DNA from: Octopus bimaculoides
Taxonomy: Eukaryota
DNA length: 64,000 nt
Direction of reading: 5' to 3'
Assembly: GCF_001194135.2 (NCBI RefSeq)
Contig: NC_068984.1
Span: 110,535,682-110,599,681, forward strand
Positions within the stretch are counted from its first letter, which is position 1. Each line of letters starts with the position of its first letter. A program made the position numbers and the translations under genes. The notes under the pieces are model-generated. The model searched no databases, was not told the DNA's origin, and saw nothing but the letters and a program-made list of their open reading frames with translations. Shown one piece after another: positions 1 to 12,632 of the stretch.

Positions 1-149
1 GTTCCCTTCGTTGTAGTGTATCCTTGACTCTTATTTCTTGTAATATTGGTGCTTTGGCATTTTCAGTCACAATTAGTAATGATTGATCTTTCCTTTATGG
101 TTTTATATTTAACCCAGCTGCTTATATTAATTTTTAGTATGCATAATCT

Positions 150-360
150 TATCTATTCTAGGTAAAAAGCAAGAAATTTCGGGGGAGGGAGCCAGTTGAT
201 TAGATCAACCCCAGTACACAACTGGTACTTAATTTATTAACCCCGAAAGGATGAAAGGCTAAGTCAACCTCGGCAGAATTTGTACTCAGAACGTGAAGAC
301 AGAGAAAATACTGCTAAGCATTTCACCCAGCATGCTAACATTTCTGCCAGCTCACCACCT
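150..360 (-). mobile_element. tRNA-derived SINE, family D (body GCCTTTCATCCTTTCGGGGTCGATAAA..AGTACC)
   Basis: Reverse complement has a tRNA-like head with B-box-like GAGTACAAATTC and the body shared with more than 10 other copies in the window (e.g. 55400-55615, 60175-60362). Confidence 0.85.
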
Positions 361-639
361 TTTTTTAGTATACACTAAATTAGCAATAGATTTATTTGTT
401 AAATATATAAACTGACGGAGAGATTTAGCCAAACCATCTGAGCAATGAAGTAGGGATTAGTGACAAGACTGAAACTGACAGATCAAACTAGTCTAGTACA
501 CTGCTGCAGGCTTTGCTCATTGGGCACTTATCTCTCCTATCAGTGCATATATATATTGTGTGCTTCATGCAGCCTTAAGGGTTTTAACTCTTATTTCTTT
601 GCAATACATGTGCTATTCAGCCCCCTCAGTCACAATGTA

Positions 640-645
640 TATATA

Positions 646-694
<49 letters not shown>

Positions 695-868
695 NNNNNN
701 NNNNNNNNNNNNNNNNNNNNNNNNNNNNNNNNNNNNNNNNNNNNNNNNNNNNNNNNNNNNNNNNNNNNNNNNNNNNNNNNNNNNNNNNNNNNNNNNNNNN
801 NNNNNNNNNNNNNNNNNNNNNNNNNNNNNNNNNNNNNNNNNNNNNNNNNATATATATATGTATGTATG

Positions 869-901
<33 letters not shown>

Positions 902-1096
902 ATATATATGTATGTATATATATATGTATGTATGTATATATATATGTATGTATGTATATATATATGTATGTATGTATATATATATGTATGTATGTATATA
1001 TATATACATGCACACACACACGCACATATATTTATATACACACATATATACATATACATATATATATGCATATATATATGTATGCATATATATATG

Positions 1097-1138
<42 letters not shown>
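640..1138. repeat. (TA)n/(TATG)n compound microsatellite flanking N-gaps
   Basis: Direct inspection. Confidence 0.95.
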
Positions 1139-1849
1139 NNNNNNNNNNNNNNNNNNNNNNNNNNNNNNNNNNNNNNNNNNNNNNNNNNNNNNNNNNNNNN
1201 NNNNNNNNNNNNNNNNNNNNNNNNNNNNNNNNNNNNNNNNNNNNNNNNNNNNNNNNNNNNNNNNNNNNNNNNNNNNNNNNNNNNNNNNNNNNNNNNNNNN
1301 NNNNNNNNNNNNNNNNNNNNNNNNNNNNNNNNNNNNNNNNNNNNNNNNNNNNNNNNNNNNNNNNNNNNNNNNNNNNNNNNNNNNNNNNNNNNNNNNNNNN
1401 NNNNNNNNNNNNNNNNNNNNNNNNNNNNNNNNNNNNNNNNNNNNNNNNNNNNNNNNNNNNNNNNNNNNNNNNNNNNNNNNNNNNNNNNNNNNNNNNNNNN
1501 NNNNNNNNNNNNNNNNNNNNNNNNNNNNNNNNNNNNNNNNNNNNNNNNNNNNNNNNNNNNNNNNNNNNNNNNNNNNNNNNNNNNNNNNNNNNNNNNNNNN
1601 NNNNNNNNNNNNNNNNNNNNNNNNNNNNNNNNNNNNNNNNNNNNNNNNNNNNNNNNNNNNNNNNNNNNNNNNNNNNNNNNNNNNNNNNNNNNNNNNNNNN
1701 NNNNNNNNNNNNNNNNNNNNNNNNNNNNNNNNNNNNNNNNNNNNNTATACATTTGGACATGCATACATAGATGTAAATAAATACATACATGAGTATTGTG
1801 TATATTTACGCCTCAAATATACACACTGATATCCCATTTATTATTTCGT

Positions 1850-1945
1850 CATCTTCATCATCACCACCACCATCATCATCATCATCATTATCATCATCAT
1901 CATCAGCATCACTCCAGTTTGTTATTATTATTATTATTATTATTA

Positions 1946-2012
<67 letters not shown>
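1850..2012. repeat. compound trinucleotide microsatellite (CAT)n-(TTA)n-(TAG)n
   Basis: Direct inspection. Confidence 0.95.
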
Positions 2013-2014
<2 letters not shown>

Positions 2015-2169
2015 TAACTTTTCTTAATTTTTTTTTAGTTACTCTCTTTTGTCTAAAATTTACAAATAAATATCACAAAAATATTCTGACTTGGAAACTA
2101 AGTTTACTGTCAAAACAGCCTGTTTCTATAAGATTGTACTTTTAGTATGTGGAATGAAAGTGACTGCTA

Positions 2170-2855
2170 CTGCTGCTGCCCATGAATGAGGTGGTGGTCG
2201 TGGTGGTGGTGCTGGTGGTGCAGGTGAGAATGATGAAGATAATGACTGTGATGACAATGTTTATGTTGATAATGACGAGAATGACAATGCTGCTGCCGAC
2301 AATGAAATCGATGATGATGATGATGATGGTGATGACAACAATGATGATGACTGTGATGAGACTACTCCTCTTGATACCACTACTGATGAAGGTGAAAATG
2401 ACAAAAAGGACGATAATAATGACAAATATGATGATGATGATGATGATGATGATGTTAATGTTGATGATGAGAATGACACTAGTGCTGATGACACTGCAAC
2501 CAATGAAAATGATGATGGCAGTGCTGACAGTGATGTTGACAATGACAAGGATGATGATGACAAGAATAATGATGACAATAATGACAGTGATGATTGGTGG
2601 TGCTGCTGGTGAAGGTGACAATAATTATGACGCTGATGATCGCGATGATGATGACAACAACCACGACTGCGATGACGATGATAATTATGCGGATGATAAT
2701 GATGATGACGATGATAGCACAGGCATTGATGAAGATGAATATGTTGACAATGATGACGATGATGATGTTGATGATATTGATGATGAAGATGCTGCCGCTG
2801 CTACTCCTGATGTTGATTATAATGATGATGATGAAATTGATGATGATGATGATTG
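2170..2855. repeat. degenerate (GAT)n/(GAC)n low-complexity tract
   Basis: GAT-rich cryptic trinucleotide repeat; the Met-rich and Asp-rich ORFs in all frames are by-products. Confidence 0.9.
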
Positions 2856-3126
2856 ATACAATCACTTGATATAAAATCTTCAGAGAATGTCAATAAAAGG
2901 AAAACAAAATGACCAAGTTTAGAGTCTTTAGATTTCCAGCAGCATTAAATGGAATGAGTTGGCGTTTAAGAGTTGAATGAATGTTAGCAATTGGTCCCTA
3001 AATTATGGTCAAGCTTAAGGAGAGCTAACCTCTGTTTAGCTTCCAATTGATATTTATGTAATTATATTGCAAAAGATGTTTGTTTAGCAATCTTCTGAAT
3101 ACCATACAGTTTTTTTTTTTTTTTTT

Positions 3127-3453
3127 GAGGAGCACTCCGTCAGTTACAACGACGAAGGTCCCAGCTGATATGATCAACGGAACAGCCTGCTCATGAAATT
3201 AACGTGCAAGTGGCTGAACAATCCACAGACACACGTACCTCCAACATAGTTCTTAGGGAGACTCAGCGGGACACATAGCATGACAAGGCCAGCCCTTTGA
3301 AATACAGGTACTACTCATTTTTGCCAGCTGAGTGGACTGGAGCAATGTGAAATAAAGTGTCTTGCTCAAGGACACAACGCGTTGCCAGGAATCGAACTCA
3401 TGACCTTACGATCGTGAGCCGAATGCCCTAACCACTAAGCCACATGCCTTCAC
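3127..3453 (-). mobile_element. tRNA-derived CORE-like SINE, family B, full length
   Basis: Minus strand: A box TGGCTTAGTGG, B box GAGTTCGATTCC, CORE-like GTTGTGTCCTTGAGCAAGACACTTTA, poly(A) tail (T run 3110-3126), degenerate TSD ATACCATACAGT/ATGCCATGCAGT. Homologous to 32167-32475 and 60952-61270. Confidence 0.9.
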
Positions 3454-4327
3454 ATGCCATGCAGTAGGCAGTCTTTATATCCAGCTAAACAATGATGTTT
3501 TGTTAAAATGCCAAATACTGTGTTATGTACCTTGAAAGAACTCTTCATAAAAGTACATGCTACATACAGGTACACATATTTATATCATTGGCAGGTATTA
3601 ATTGTCTGTTATGGGTACCAGAACTGCCAGATCATGTAATTTTCACTGCCTTGGTCTCCTCAGTTGCAGACATCCAGTAGCTGCACATCGGCCAAATCTC
3701 ACTGACAATGACATATAGAATTTCTGTGTCTTTTCAGGCAATAATGTCACAAATAGCCCTCAGACTTGCTGAAAAATAATTACTAGCTACAGAAACAGAA
3801 TTAATACCGAAAGGCAATCTTTATATCCAACTTAATGTGGATGTTTAGTTAGAATGTTGAATACTGCATTTAATTACCTTGAAATTACCTTATATGTGCA
3901 TAAGATGCTCCTTTTATGAGATGACCTTTTGTATGCATAAAAGCATGCATATTTATATTATCAGCAGATGAGAATCATCTGTTATGTACCATGCCTCCCT
4001 ATAAGAGGTCCTCTGAAGATAAATAATGAAATATTCAGCATTCTAAGTAAACAACCACGTTAAGTTCAATATTAAGATTGCCTTTCGGAGCATTAACACT
4101 GCATCTGTTACTAATAATTACTAACACCACGGTGCAACAAAATTTTAATTTTTTTTGTCTTGGGTCAGTAAGAGTTATTACTTCCACCTTAGTGAATTTG
4201 GAGAAATTGTTTGCAGTGGTGTTTGTTTGTTTGTCCATAGACAAGATATCTCAAGAACTGCTGGATAGATTCGGATGAAACTTTCAAGCTCTTCACCATA
4301 TTTTTTCTTTGCATATTTAAAGGTTAA

Positions 4328-4663
4328 AGACCTCCTTCGGTCATGAATAATCATAAGATTGAACCTAGAAATTTCCTCTTTGAGGTACAAGTCTATGGAA
4401 GGCTATTTATGGAAGACCAGCAGTTGCTCATGCATACCAACCTCTTCTTTTCCATGCCATCAATGTTATCCAAAGTAAAGGAAAAGGCCGATACAGTTTG
4501 GCACCAGTGATGTTGCAACCCATTCTAACAGCTGGGTGAACTGGAGAAACATGAAATAAAGTGTCATGCTCAAGAACACAACTCACACCCTGGTCCAGGA
4601 ATCGAACTCACTACCTCATGATTGTGAACTCAACGCCCTAACCGCTGAGCCATGCACCTTCAC
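4328..4663 (-). mobile_element. tRNA-derived SINE, family F (head shared with family B, different tail)
   Basis: tRNA head plus TTGAGCATGACACTTTATTTCA core; the tail is homologous to 19440-19780. Confidence 0.9.
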
Positions 4664-5974
4664 TTTGCATATTACTAATCCTTATTTCATTGAGTGCAGA
4701 TGGATAAAATAACGAAAAAAAAAAATTGATATGGAAAGAAAATTAATGAAATTTGTTTCTACTCTATGCATTTAGCTAAATTTAGCAAAAATAAAAATAC
4801 TAATAAAATAAAAAGCAGTTCTTATTTTCAATGAAGTAAAATATCATTAATAACAGAATTTACTAAAGCAGGAGAAATGCAGATATGTAAACCTATAAAA
4901 CTAATGCTTCTCTAAAAGGCAGGTAGTGGAAGAACTTTGTAAAATGTTAGGAAAACAAGAGATAAATCACATGTTAAATGTTAAGCTTATTTTCTTTTTC
5001 TTTGTATTTTTCTCGTGTTTTTCATTTTTATTATATTGACATATATTTTTGCATATGGGTGAAAAGAAACATTTCATTTACACAGTGATATTTCATCTTG
5101 CTAATGGGTTATGTCAGTATGGAAACAAGGTCAAGCTTTCATTAGCAAAACTATTTACCATTTCATATTTACTACCAGTATATTCTTTGGCTTAGCATTC
5201 ATTCTTTGGTTAAGTTGCAAATCCACAAGGTAAAAAAGGTCAACTTTGGCAAAGCTTTAGCAGGTTTGGGTCAGATGAGAGAATTATATGTTCTGAAAAT
5301 AAATTTGGATAGAGAGATGTACTGAAGAAAAACATTCAATTCTTATTTACATGAATTTTCTTTTCCGTTTTTTTTTTCTCTGTTTGTTTATTTGTTTGTT
5401 TGTTGTTGCTGTTGTATTTCTTTGGTCCAGCTGGCTGGAATTTCCTCTTTCCATATTTGCAAAACAGATCAAGCTGTCATTGAACATTAAATTTTCCCAA
5501 GTAAGAAAGATATATGCTTCTTGTGATGCTCATAAAATATCTCACTCACCTGAGGATCATCGCACAAATATCGAAACATTCTAGAGAACTATTTCAAATT
5601 TTAATAAACAAACGGGCAAACAAACAAACATATAATAAATAAATAAATAAATCAATAACGTTTATTATTCTCATCTCTTGGGTATGTGTTTATTGAAAGA
5701 GAATGAAATCTATGAAACATGTTTCAGTTGGTCAAATTGCAATAAGATAAGATTCTAGATTAAGCTGGTGAATTGTTACTTCATACCCTACTGTTTCTGT
5801 TTTATTCTGGAGTTTCAAGACTGCCATAGGTTAATTTGTTTTTATCCAACATTGATCATGAGTCTGAATGATGTATTTGTATTTAAGCAAGACAAAGTTT
5901 ATATTGGAAATACTTTTAATTAAGGAGAAACGTGATAGAATTGGTTATAGATTGTTAGGTTCAACAAACAACGT

Positions 5975-6350
5975 ATCATCATAATCATCATCATCATTTA
6001 ACGTCCGCTTTCCATGCTAGCATGGGTTGGACGATTTGACTGAAGACTGGCGAACCAGATGGCTACACCAGGCTCCAATCTGATTTGGCAGAGTTTCTAC
6101 GGCTGGTTGTCCTTTCTAATGCCAACCACTCCGAGAGTGTAGTGAGTGTTTTTACATTACACCGGCACGAAGGCCAGTCAGGCGGTACTGGTAACAGCCA
6201 TGCTCAAAATGGTGCATTTTACATGACACCTGCACAGGAGACAGTCCAGCAGCACTGGCAATGATCTCGCTCGAATGTCTTTACACGTGCCACCGGCACA
6301 AGTGCCAATAAGGCGACGCTGGGCACAGGTGCCATCACGATTTCGCTTTC
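5975..6350 (-). mobile_element. family C non-autonomous retroposon (RTE-like motif TTGGCGTTAGGAAGGGCATCCAGC, (GAT)n tail)
   Basis: Homologous to 63114-63560, 31275-31517 and 62357-62640; ends in a (GAT)n tail on the minus strand. RTE affinity is inferred from motif recognition. Confidence 0.8.
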
Positions 6351-6406
<56 letters not shown>

Positions 6407-6884
6407 GTGTGTGTGTGTGTGTGTATGTGTGTGTGTGTGTCTGTGTATCATCTGATGAAGGGAAAGAAGTCAAAACTTCGAAATCACTGTCAACCTTTCA
6501 ACCTTTTGTAAAAGTCAATAATAAATATGTACTTTACTAAAAAATAATGAGTAATCCTTTTGTTTATCATTGAATTGTTGTTATATATAATCTGACTTAA
6601 GAACAATATGTTCTGGTTTTGGGGAAATATAGATTCGCTTGGAAACAGGTGAGAGTTGGTGAGAGGAAGGGTATCTGGCCATAGAAAATCTATTACAAAA
6701 TAAACTGAGTTGTGCAAACATGGAAAATTAGAGGCTGAAATCATGATGATAATGATGGCATACACACACACATATATACGTATATCTGTGGTTGTGTATA
6801 AGTACATGTATGTATATAGACATACACTCAAATGAAGTAAATGTGAACTGAAAAGTTTTGATATAATTGACATTTAATATATAA

Positions 6885-7165
6885 TGGAATCGTAGTTGTG
6901 ATCGATGCCAGTGTCCTGTAACTGGTATCCATGCCGGTGGTATGTAAAAAGCACCTTTCGAGTGTTGGGCTTCACAGAGGAAATGTGGTTGATGCTGATG
7001 TCAAGTAATTAGCATCTGTGCCGGTGGCATGTAAAAAGCACCTTTCGGGCCCTGGGCCTCACGGAGGTTATGACAAATGACCGAGACCTTTGGCAATATG
7101 CCATACTTGAGTAGAAGACCCATCAAGCCAAGTAAAACCTTAGTCATGGGAAATACTGGTGCATA
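6885..7165 (+). mobile_element. family C internal/5' fragment with tandem GCCGGTGG(C/T)ATGTAAAAAGCACCTTTCG units
   Basis: Two internal repeats (about 6929 and 7019) and GACCGAGACCTTTGG..AGAAGACCC..CAAGCCAAGTAA shared with 63114-63175. Confidence 0.7.
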
Positions 7166-7251
7166 TTCGTTGCTGCATGTACACGTGGAATTCCTCAGTG
7201 CACGTTGAGTGTATTCTAAACGATTAATACAGAAAACAAAGTGTACTAGAA

Positions 7252-7375
7252 GCTTAATTTAGGACAAGAATCGTTTCGATTTACTTCGGCACTGCTCCCC
7301 AGAGGGTGTGGAACGATGTAATGGAATCGAATGCACCGCATAGTGCAGAAGCAACCTCCTCAGGTTAAATAAAGC
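7252..7375 (-). ncRNA. type I hammerhead ribozyme with extended stem II (PLE terminal repeat)
   Basis: Minus strand: GCTTTATTTAAC-CUGAGGA-[GGTTGCTTCTGCAC...GTGCCGAAGTAAATC]-GAAA-CGA ttc TTG-UC-CTAAATTAAGC. Core, stem III and GUC site are intact; stem I is 9/10 complementary but mis-registered at its base. Confidence 0.7.
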
Positions 7376-7498
7376 GGTTTCTTTTGGACTATGAGGTGNN
7401 NNNNNNNNNNNNNNNNNNNNNNNNNNNNNNNNNNNNNNNNNNNNNNNNNNNNNNNNNNNNNNNNNNNNNNNNNNNNNNNNNNNNNNNNNNNNNNNNNN

Positions 7499-7524
<26 letters not shown>

Positions 7525-7531
<7 letters not shown>

Positions 7532-8100
7532 ACATAGTTTGATATTGCTTTGCTACTTTCTATATCTTCATAACTAATGGCAAATGTATGTTTAAACTAT
7601 TAAAACTGTTCTTACACATTGTAGCAAAATCTAGTGTGTTGTGCGTCTCAGGATTTTGAGACAGTAGCATGGTAAATTACGGATTCAACTTTGCATGGAT
7701 TACCCAATAAGTATAAATTATTATTTTGGCAGTTGCAGTCATGTCATTTGCTAGCTAGGTACATGGAGTATTCCATAATTTATTAGGTGACTAAGGAACC
7801 AAATTATCTTCGATGAAGTTCCATATTTTTTGTCATGTATCTATAGATTATGGTATCGCTGGTTAAATAGTTTTTGAGTATTTGTGTCAAGTTGATATTA
7901 AACATATATGATGCCATATTTTTATACTGTGTAGATTAAGATTCCCGTTGATAGATGGGTTGTTAATAATTAAGCTACCAATAAAAAAAGGGTTGATTAA
8001 TGAGAATAATGTATCTAGGTTTAGTCGTGTTAATGAGAGATAAGATGAAAGCACATTTATTATAGTGTATTATTGTTAGAGAAATCTGTTATGTAATAAA
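7525..8100 (-). mobile_element. decayed Penelope-like retroelement, linker plus GIY-YIG endonuclease region (may extend to about 9250)
   Basis: Minus-strand translation KPRYIILINQPFF...DCNCQNNNLYLLGNPCKVESVIYHATVSKS*...IESSKAISNYV resembles PLE motifs RxIIWFNPP, CNC..CPL.GKC...S.IY.ATV and NST.LSKY. Contains stops and frameshifts. Confidence 0.6.
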
Positions 8101-9362
8101 ATGTTGTTGTTATATCATAGGTGTTAAATATAATTATTTTTTATAGGAACATACTATTTTGTAAATAGTTATAGTTTAACGAGGTCGGAAAGATATTTGA
8201 AAGTAAATTTTATAGGTTGTTGAAAATCGATAGAGCTAGCGTTTGATAAAAACGTTTATATGTAGAAACTTAAATGGCTGAATTATAAAGGATAACAGGG
8301 AAGAAATTTTTTTAGATATTAAAGAATAAAGAGAAGAGGAAAAAAGAAATAAAACCAAGAATTAAAAAATGTTTATAGATTTTATGAGAGTGGGCGGAGT
8401 AAACTGAAAAGCATGTGGAAAATATTGTAATACGTTGAATTAAAGAGTACTTATATAGTAGATAGTTTGCAAAATAGCGATCCATTCTTGGAGAAAAAAT
8501 ATAAGGAAAAGATTATTTTATAAATAAATAGACTGATAAAAAGTTTACAGTGATGTACAATGCCGCATGGAATAGTAAATATAATTGTACGAATTAAATG
8601 TGATGGTTTAACTTAATTATACAAACTTATAAAGCTTAACACGAACAGATCATATTTAATAAATTTAATATACAGTAGGTGAGATGGGAAGAATTCTGTG
8701 TTTTTCTCATATATTATATATTTAACGGTGGAGTATTTTGTAGTCTTCAGTGAAAATGTAAGGTTATAGGTTAAGTTTATTTTTTGCTTGATATATTCCC
8801 GTAATGAAAAACATTCACGTTACTAAAAGTTCACAATTAAAAACTTGTCTGTAAACTTTTGCACATTTCATAATTTAGTACTTCATATAAATATTGGTTT
8901 GCGTATCTTTCAAAACACAACTGTATTTCAAAAAAGTAATGTGTAGACACTGGTTGGATTTCTGAGTATGAGTGTGTGTTGCTTATAGCAAGATGTTAAA
9001 AGACGTTCGGTTAATGTGATGTACGCATACATAAATATAAGTATGAATATATCATTTAAGTTCGTTTACAGGAAACGTTTTGAATATGCATAAAAAAGTT
9101 CCCTTTTGATGCCATCTAGCAATACCAGTTTCTTGATGTCACACCGAGTTGTGCCAATATAATTTGGGATAAATTTGGTAATAATAATAATCCTTGGATA
9201 GAATTTATAAATATTTTAAAGCATCGAAGTATTTAAGTATATCGATCAGTTGCTCATGAAGCAGAAAAAAACCCCAAAAAACAAGCACTCACTAAAAAAT
9301 AACTTGAGTAGTTATACTTTAAAGTATTTGAGTAGTATATCCTCGGTTTTGAAAAGTAACCA

Positions 9363-9488
9363 GCCAGAAAGTCATATTGGTTTCACGTCCACTATAGCAC
9401 TGGGTAATACAGACGACTCAGCAGACGTCGAAGTCATCTGTATTATCCAGTGCAGCAGTTGCCACGAAACCTACGGTAACTTTCTGAC
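9363..9488. repeat. inverted repeat, about 57-bp arms, with a near-perfect 22-bp inner stem and 13-nt loop
   Basis: GCACTGGGTAATACAGACGACT (9397-9418) pairs with AGTCATCTGTATTATCCAGTGC (9432-9453); outer CAGAAAGT/ACTTTCTG also pair. Confidence 0.9.
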
Positions 9489-9557
9489 TAGTTATTCCAT
9501 AACTAAGGATATATTACTCGAAGACATTACTGTACTTTGTATCTATCTATCTGCCCC

Positions 9558-9609
<52 letters not shown>

Positions 9610-9699
9610 NNNNNNNNNNNNNNNNNNNNNNNNNNNNNNNNNNNNNNNNNNNNNATCCACGCCTTATGAAATCATGCCCAAAGTGTTATTAATGGGTCG

Positions 9700-10100
9700 G
9701 TCAAAGGGGTGTCGATAAGAATTTCTAACTTATCTGTAAACGAAAATATTTTTTTTATAACTTTGCACCCTTTTATAACACAACATTGAAGGAGAGTGGC
9801 TTCGTTAAGAAGACATACTGTATTAAGAATACAATATGTAAAAATTAATTAGGTAAACTTTTTCCAAATCTTGCGAAACATTAAATTTAAAAATTCTTAA
9901 ATTTCTCCTGTTGTTTAAAACATTAAGATTTAAACAATTTTTTATAAATCCTTTCATATCAACTCTCATGAGAGAAATGTAGATGGCTGTTATAGTTGGA
10001 ATTAAATCGCCCATACCGACCTATATTTTCTCGAAACGGCCGTCAGACTTTGTACCTGCTGAAGATTTTTATCAAAATCATTTTATACCAACATTTTCAA
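9700..10100 (-). mobile_element. possible highly decayed Penelope-like RT fragment
   Basis: Minus translation SDGRFEKI*VGMGDLIPTITAIYIS loosely resembles PLE RT G.YY.Q.DG.AMGSPLSPT.ANIYM. Confidence 0.3.
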
Positions 10101-10435
10101 TCTTTGTGGATTACCGCTATACATTCACCATGTGCATATTTTGATATCCTCATCGATTTTAATACAGACATACAAACTCGCAAGTACATTAATGTATTTA
10201 TATATTTTTATATTATATCATGTATATATAAATGCGCCTATGTATGCTGTGGAGTATTCCGATGTTTTGAAATACATTGAGTGAATATGAACGCTGACCT
10301 TTGAAATTTGTTCTCTCTTTCTTGGCTTTATATATATATTACTGGCAGTGCTCCATGGACACAGCCTTAGGGCTGAAATATATGAAAGGGAATATGTATA
10401 TATCCATACATATATACATATACATACATACATAT

Positions 10436-10474
<39 letters not shown>

Positions 10475-10858
10475 ATATTGGATTTAGCAAGATTTTGATC
10501 AGGTCACAAATCACATAGTAGACCCAAACAAAATAAAGGGATGCAATGCATAGACTGATGCAGCTAAAATCCAATAAATTCAATTTATAATGATTATTTC
10601 ATTAGGAGTGTATGAAATATAAAGAGAGCAAGCATAACATAAGAAAATTCACTTCACCAATTGACACCCATGTAACTACGTTCATTTCGCAGCTTTTATC
10701 TCTGCGTTTGTATATATGTATTGTGCTGATGCAAGAAAAAAAATATGATATGCTTTGACCTGAAGAGCAAGCATCTTTACCTGTATTCATTTATAAATTT
10801 TACAGCTGTATTATATAACTTATACTATATAGATTAAGGACATTTTTAGTTTTCACCA

Positions 10859-11060
10859 TTACTCTTTTACTTGTTTCAGTCATTTGACTGTGGGCATGCT
10901 GGAGCACCGTCGTTAGTCAAGCAAATCGACTCCAGGACTTATTCTTTGTATGCCTAGTACTTATTCTATCGGTCACTTTTTGCCGAATCGCTAAGTTTCG
11001 GGGACATAAACACACCAGCATTGGTTGTCAAGCGATGCTGGGGGAACAAACACAGACACA
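10859..11060 (-). mobile_element. SINE family A, 3' half
   Basis: Matches the tail of 39911-40311 (GTCAAATGACTGAAACAAGTAAAAGAG). Confidence 0.9.
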
Positions 11061-11991
11061 CAAATATATACATATATAATTGCGTTACAAATGCTAAGAG
11101 CACAGCAACTGAAAGAATGATAACGAAGTTTAAAACTGTTATATGAGTGAAGTTGCCAACAGATACGTACGGAGAAAATGTGAAAGCCACTGTAATTGAT
11201 AAAGACAGATACAACAGGTTGAAGGAAATATGTAACATTGATCCGCTGAGTTTTTTGCGGTGGAGTTTGACCAACTGCCGACAGTAGTGGAATTAAGAGA
11301 TCTGGAACCATTCATGATATATTAAAAAAAGAGTAAAATTGTTTTAAAAAAAGAGAGAACAAAAACGATACTAATAGAGAAAAACGGGGAAAAAGATTAT
11401 AAACTACGAGTAAAAACGTTAAAATGGTACTGCATGAGAATTGCGCTCATGCAGCCATTTCATTTTTCATTTTTTCATTTTTATATAAAATTTTTCTCAT
11501 TTTTCATTCGTTTTGTTTTCTTGTCCCCGCTGTGGCATTCTGTCTGTCCTTGTGCTGTCCCCTTTGTGTTTGGCCCTTGTGGCTGGAAATAAAAATCTCT
11601 CTCTATATATTTTATTTATATTATTAACATTTTGAGCCTTGTGCCGAGAGTGGAAAAAAAAAGAATATCTATACACTAAGATAACGGAAGCAACTTGAAT
11701 GCAAGAAATGGTATTCTTTGTAACTGCTTGCTTAAAAAGAAACATTTGCTCGGTACTTTTCAATAGACCATTGAAAATTTTTAACGGAAGATTTTTGACA
11801 ATCATTTTTTTATCCTTTCCGTTTTGATTTTTGTTTCCCGTGTTTTTATTTTATTCTGGTTTCTTTGTCGCACTGCAAGTTGTTTATGATGTATAACTTT
11901 GTGTGCGAATTCAGAGCGAGTTTTGAATGTTACCGATTTTTCTCGCTATATTTCCCGCTATCCCCTTTCTCACTATATCATGCCTAAATTT

Positions 11992-12027
<36 letters not shown>

Positions 12028-12229
12028 ATCATAGTGATTTATTACAGCATTTGCGTGTGACTTGTTTCCCGAATGGTCTAAAATACTAGCTACTAATATG
12101 ATTGAAGTATACTGTGATATATATATATATATATATATATATTATTTGTCTTTTAGTTAATGACTTTTATCGTTGCATTTGTATCTTATCAAAATATTAT
12201 TTATTTATTTGACTTCATTTTTTTAAATG

Positions 12230-12389
12230 TATAGGCGCAGGAGTGGCTGTGTGGTAAGTAGCTTGCTTACCATGGTCATGGGTTCAGTCCCACTGCGTGG
12301 CATCTTGGGCAAGTGTCTTCTACTATAGCTTTGGGCTGACCAAAGCCTTGTGAGTGGATTTGGTAGACGGAAACTGGAAGTCCGTCGTT

Positions 12390-12420
<31 letters not shown>

Positions 12421-12632
12421 TTGTGTGTCCATCTTTGTCCCCCACAACATCGCTTGACAACTGATGCCGGTGTGTTTACGTCCCCGTAACATAGCGATTC
12501 GGCAAAAGGAACTGATGGAATAAGTACTAGGCTTACATAGAATAAGCTTTGGGGTCGATTTGCTCTGCTAAAAGCGGTGCTCCAGCATGGCCGCAGTCAA
12601 ATAATTGAAACAAGTAAAAGAAACAAAGAATA
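12230..12632 (+). mobile_element. tRNA-derived SINE family A, full length, with internal (TA)n(TG)n
   Basis: A box TGGCTGTGTGG, B box GGTTCAGTCCC, body CCTTGGGCAAGTGTCTTCTACTATAGC-like, tail GAAACAAGTAAAAGA. Confidence 0.92.

Noticed and set aside
460-1837. Long YI/IY/X ORFs here and at 13.3, 17, 20.6, 26, 27.7, 44.5-46, 47.9, 52.3 and 58.8 kb
   Set aside because: Translations of (TA)n/(TG)n tracts running through N-gaps.
2142-2869. Asp-rich / Met-rich ORFs resembling acidic biomineral proteins
   Set aside because: Degenerate (GAT)n tract open in several frames, with no signal peptide or splice support.
6445-6495. CTGATGAAGGG..GAAGT caaa ACTTC GAAA motif resembling a hammerhead
   Set aside because: Stem I and stem III do not form; at most a heavily decayed terminal repeat.
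12230-12310. tRNA-like A/B boxes in many places
   Set aside because: They are SINE heads: followed by conserved SINE bodies and lacking a complete cloverleaf.
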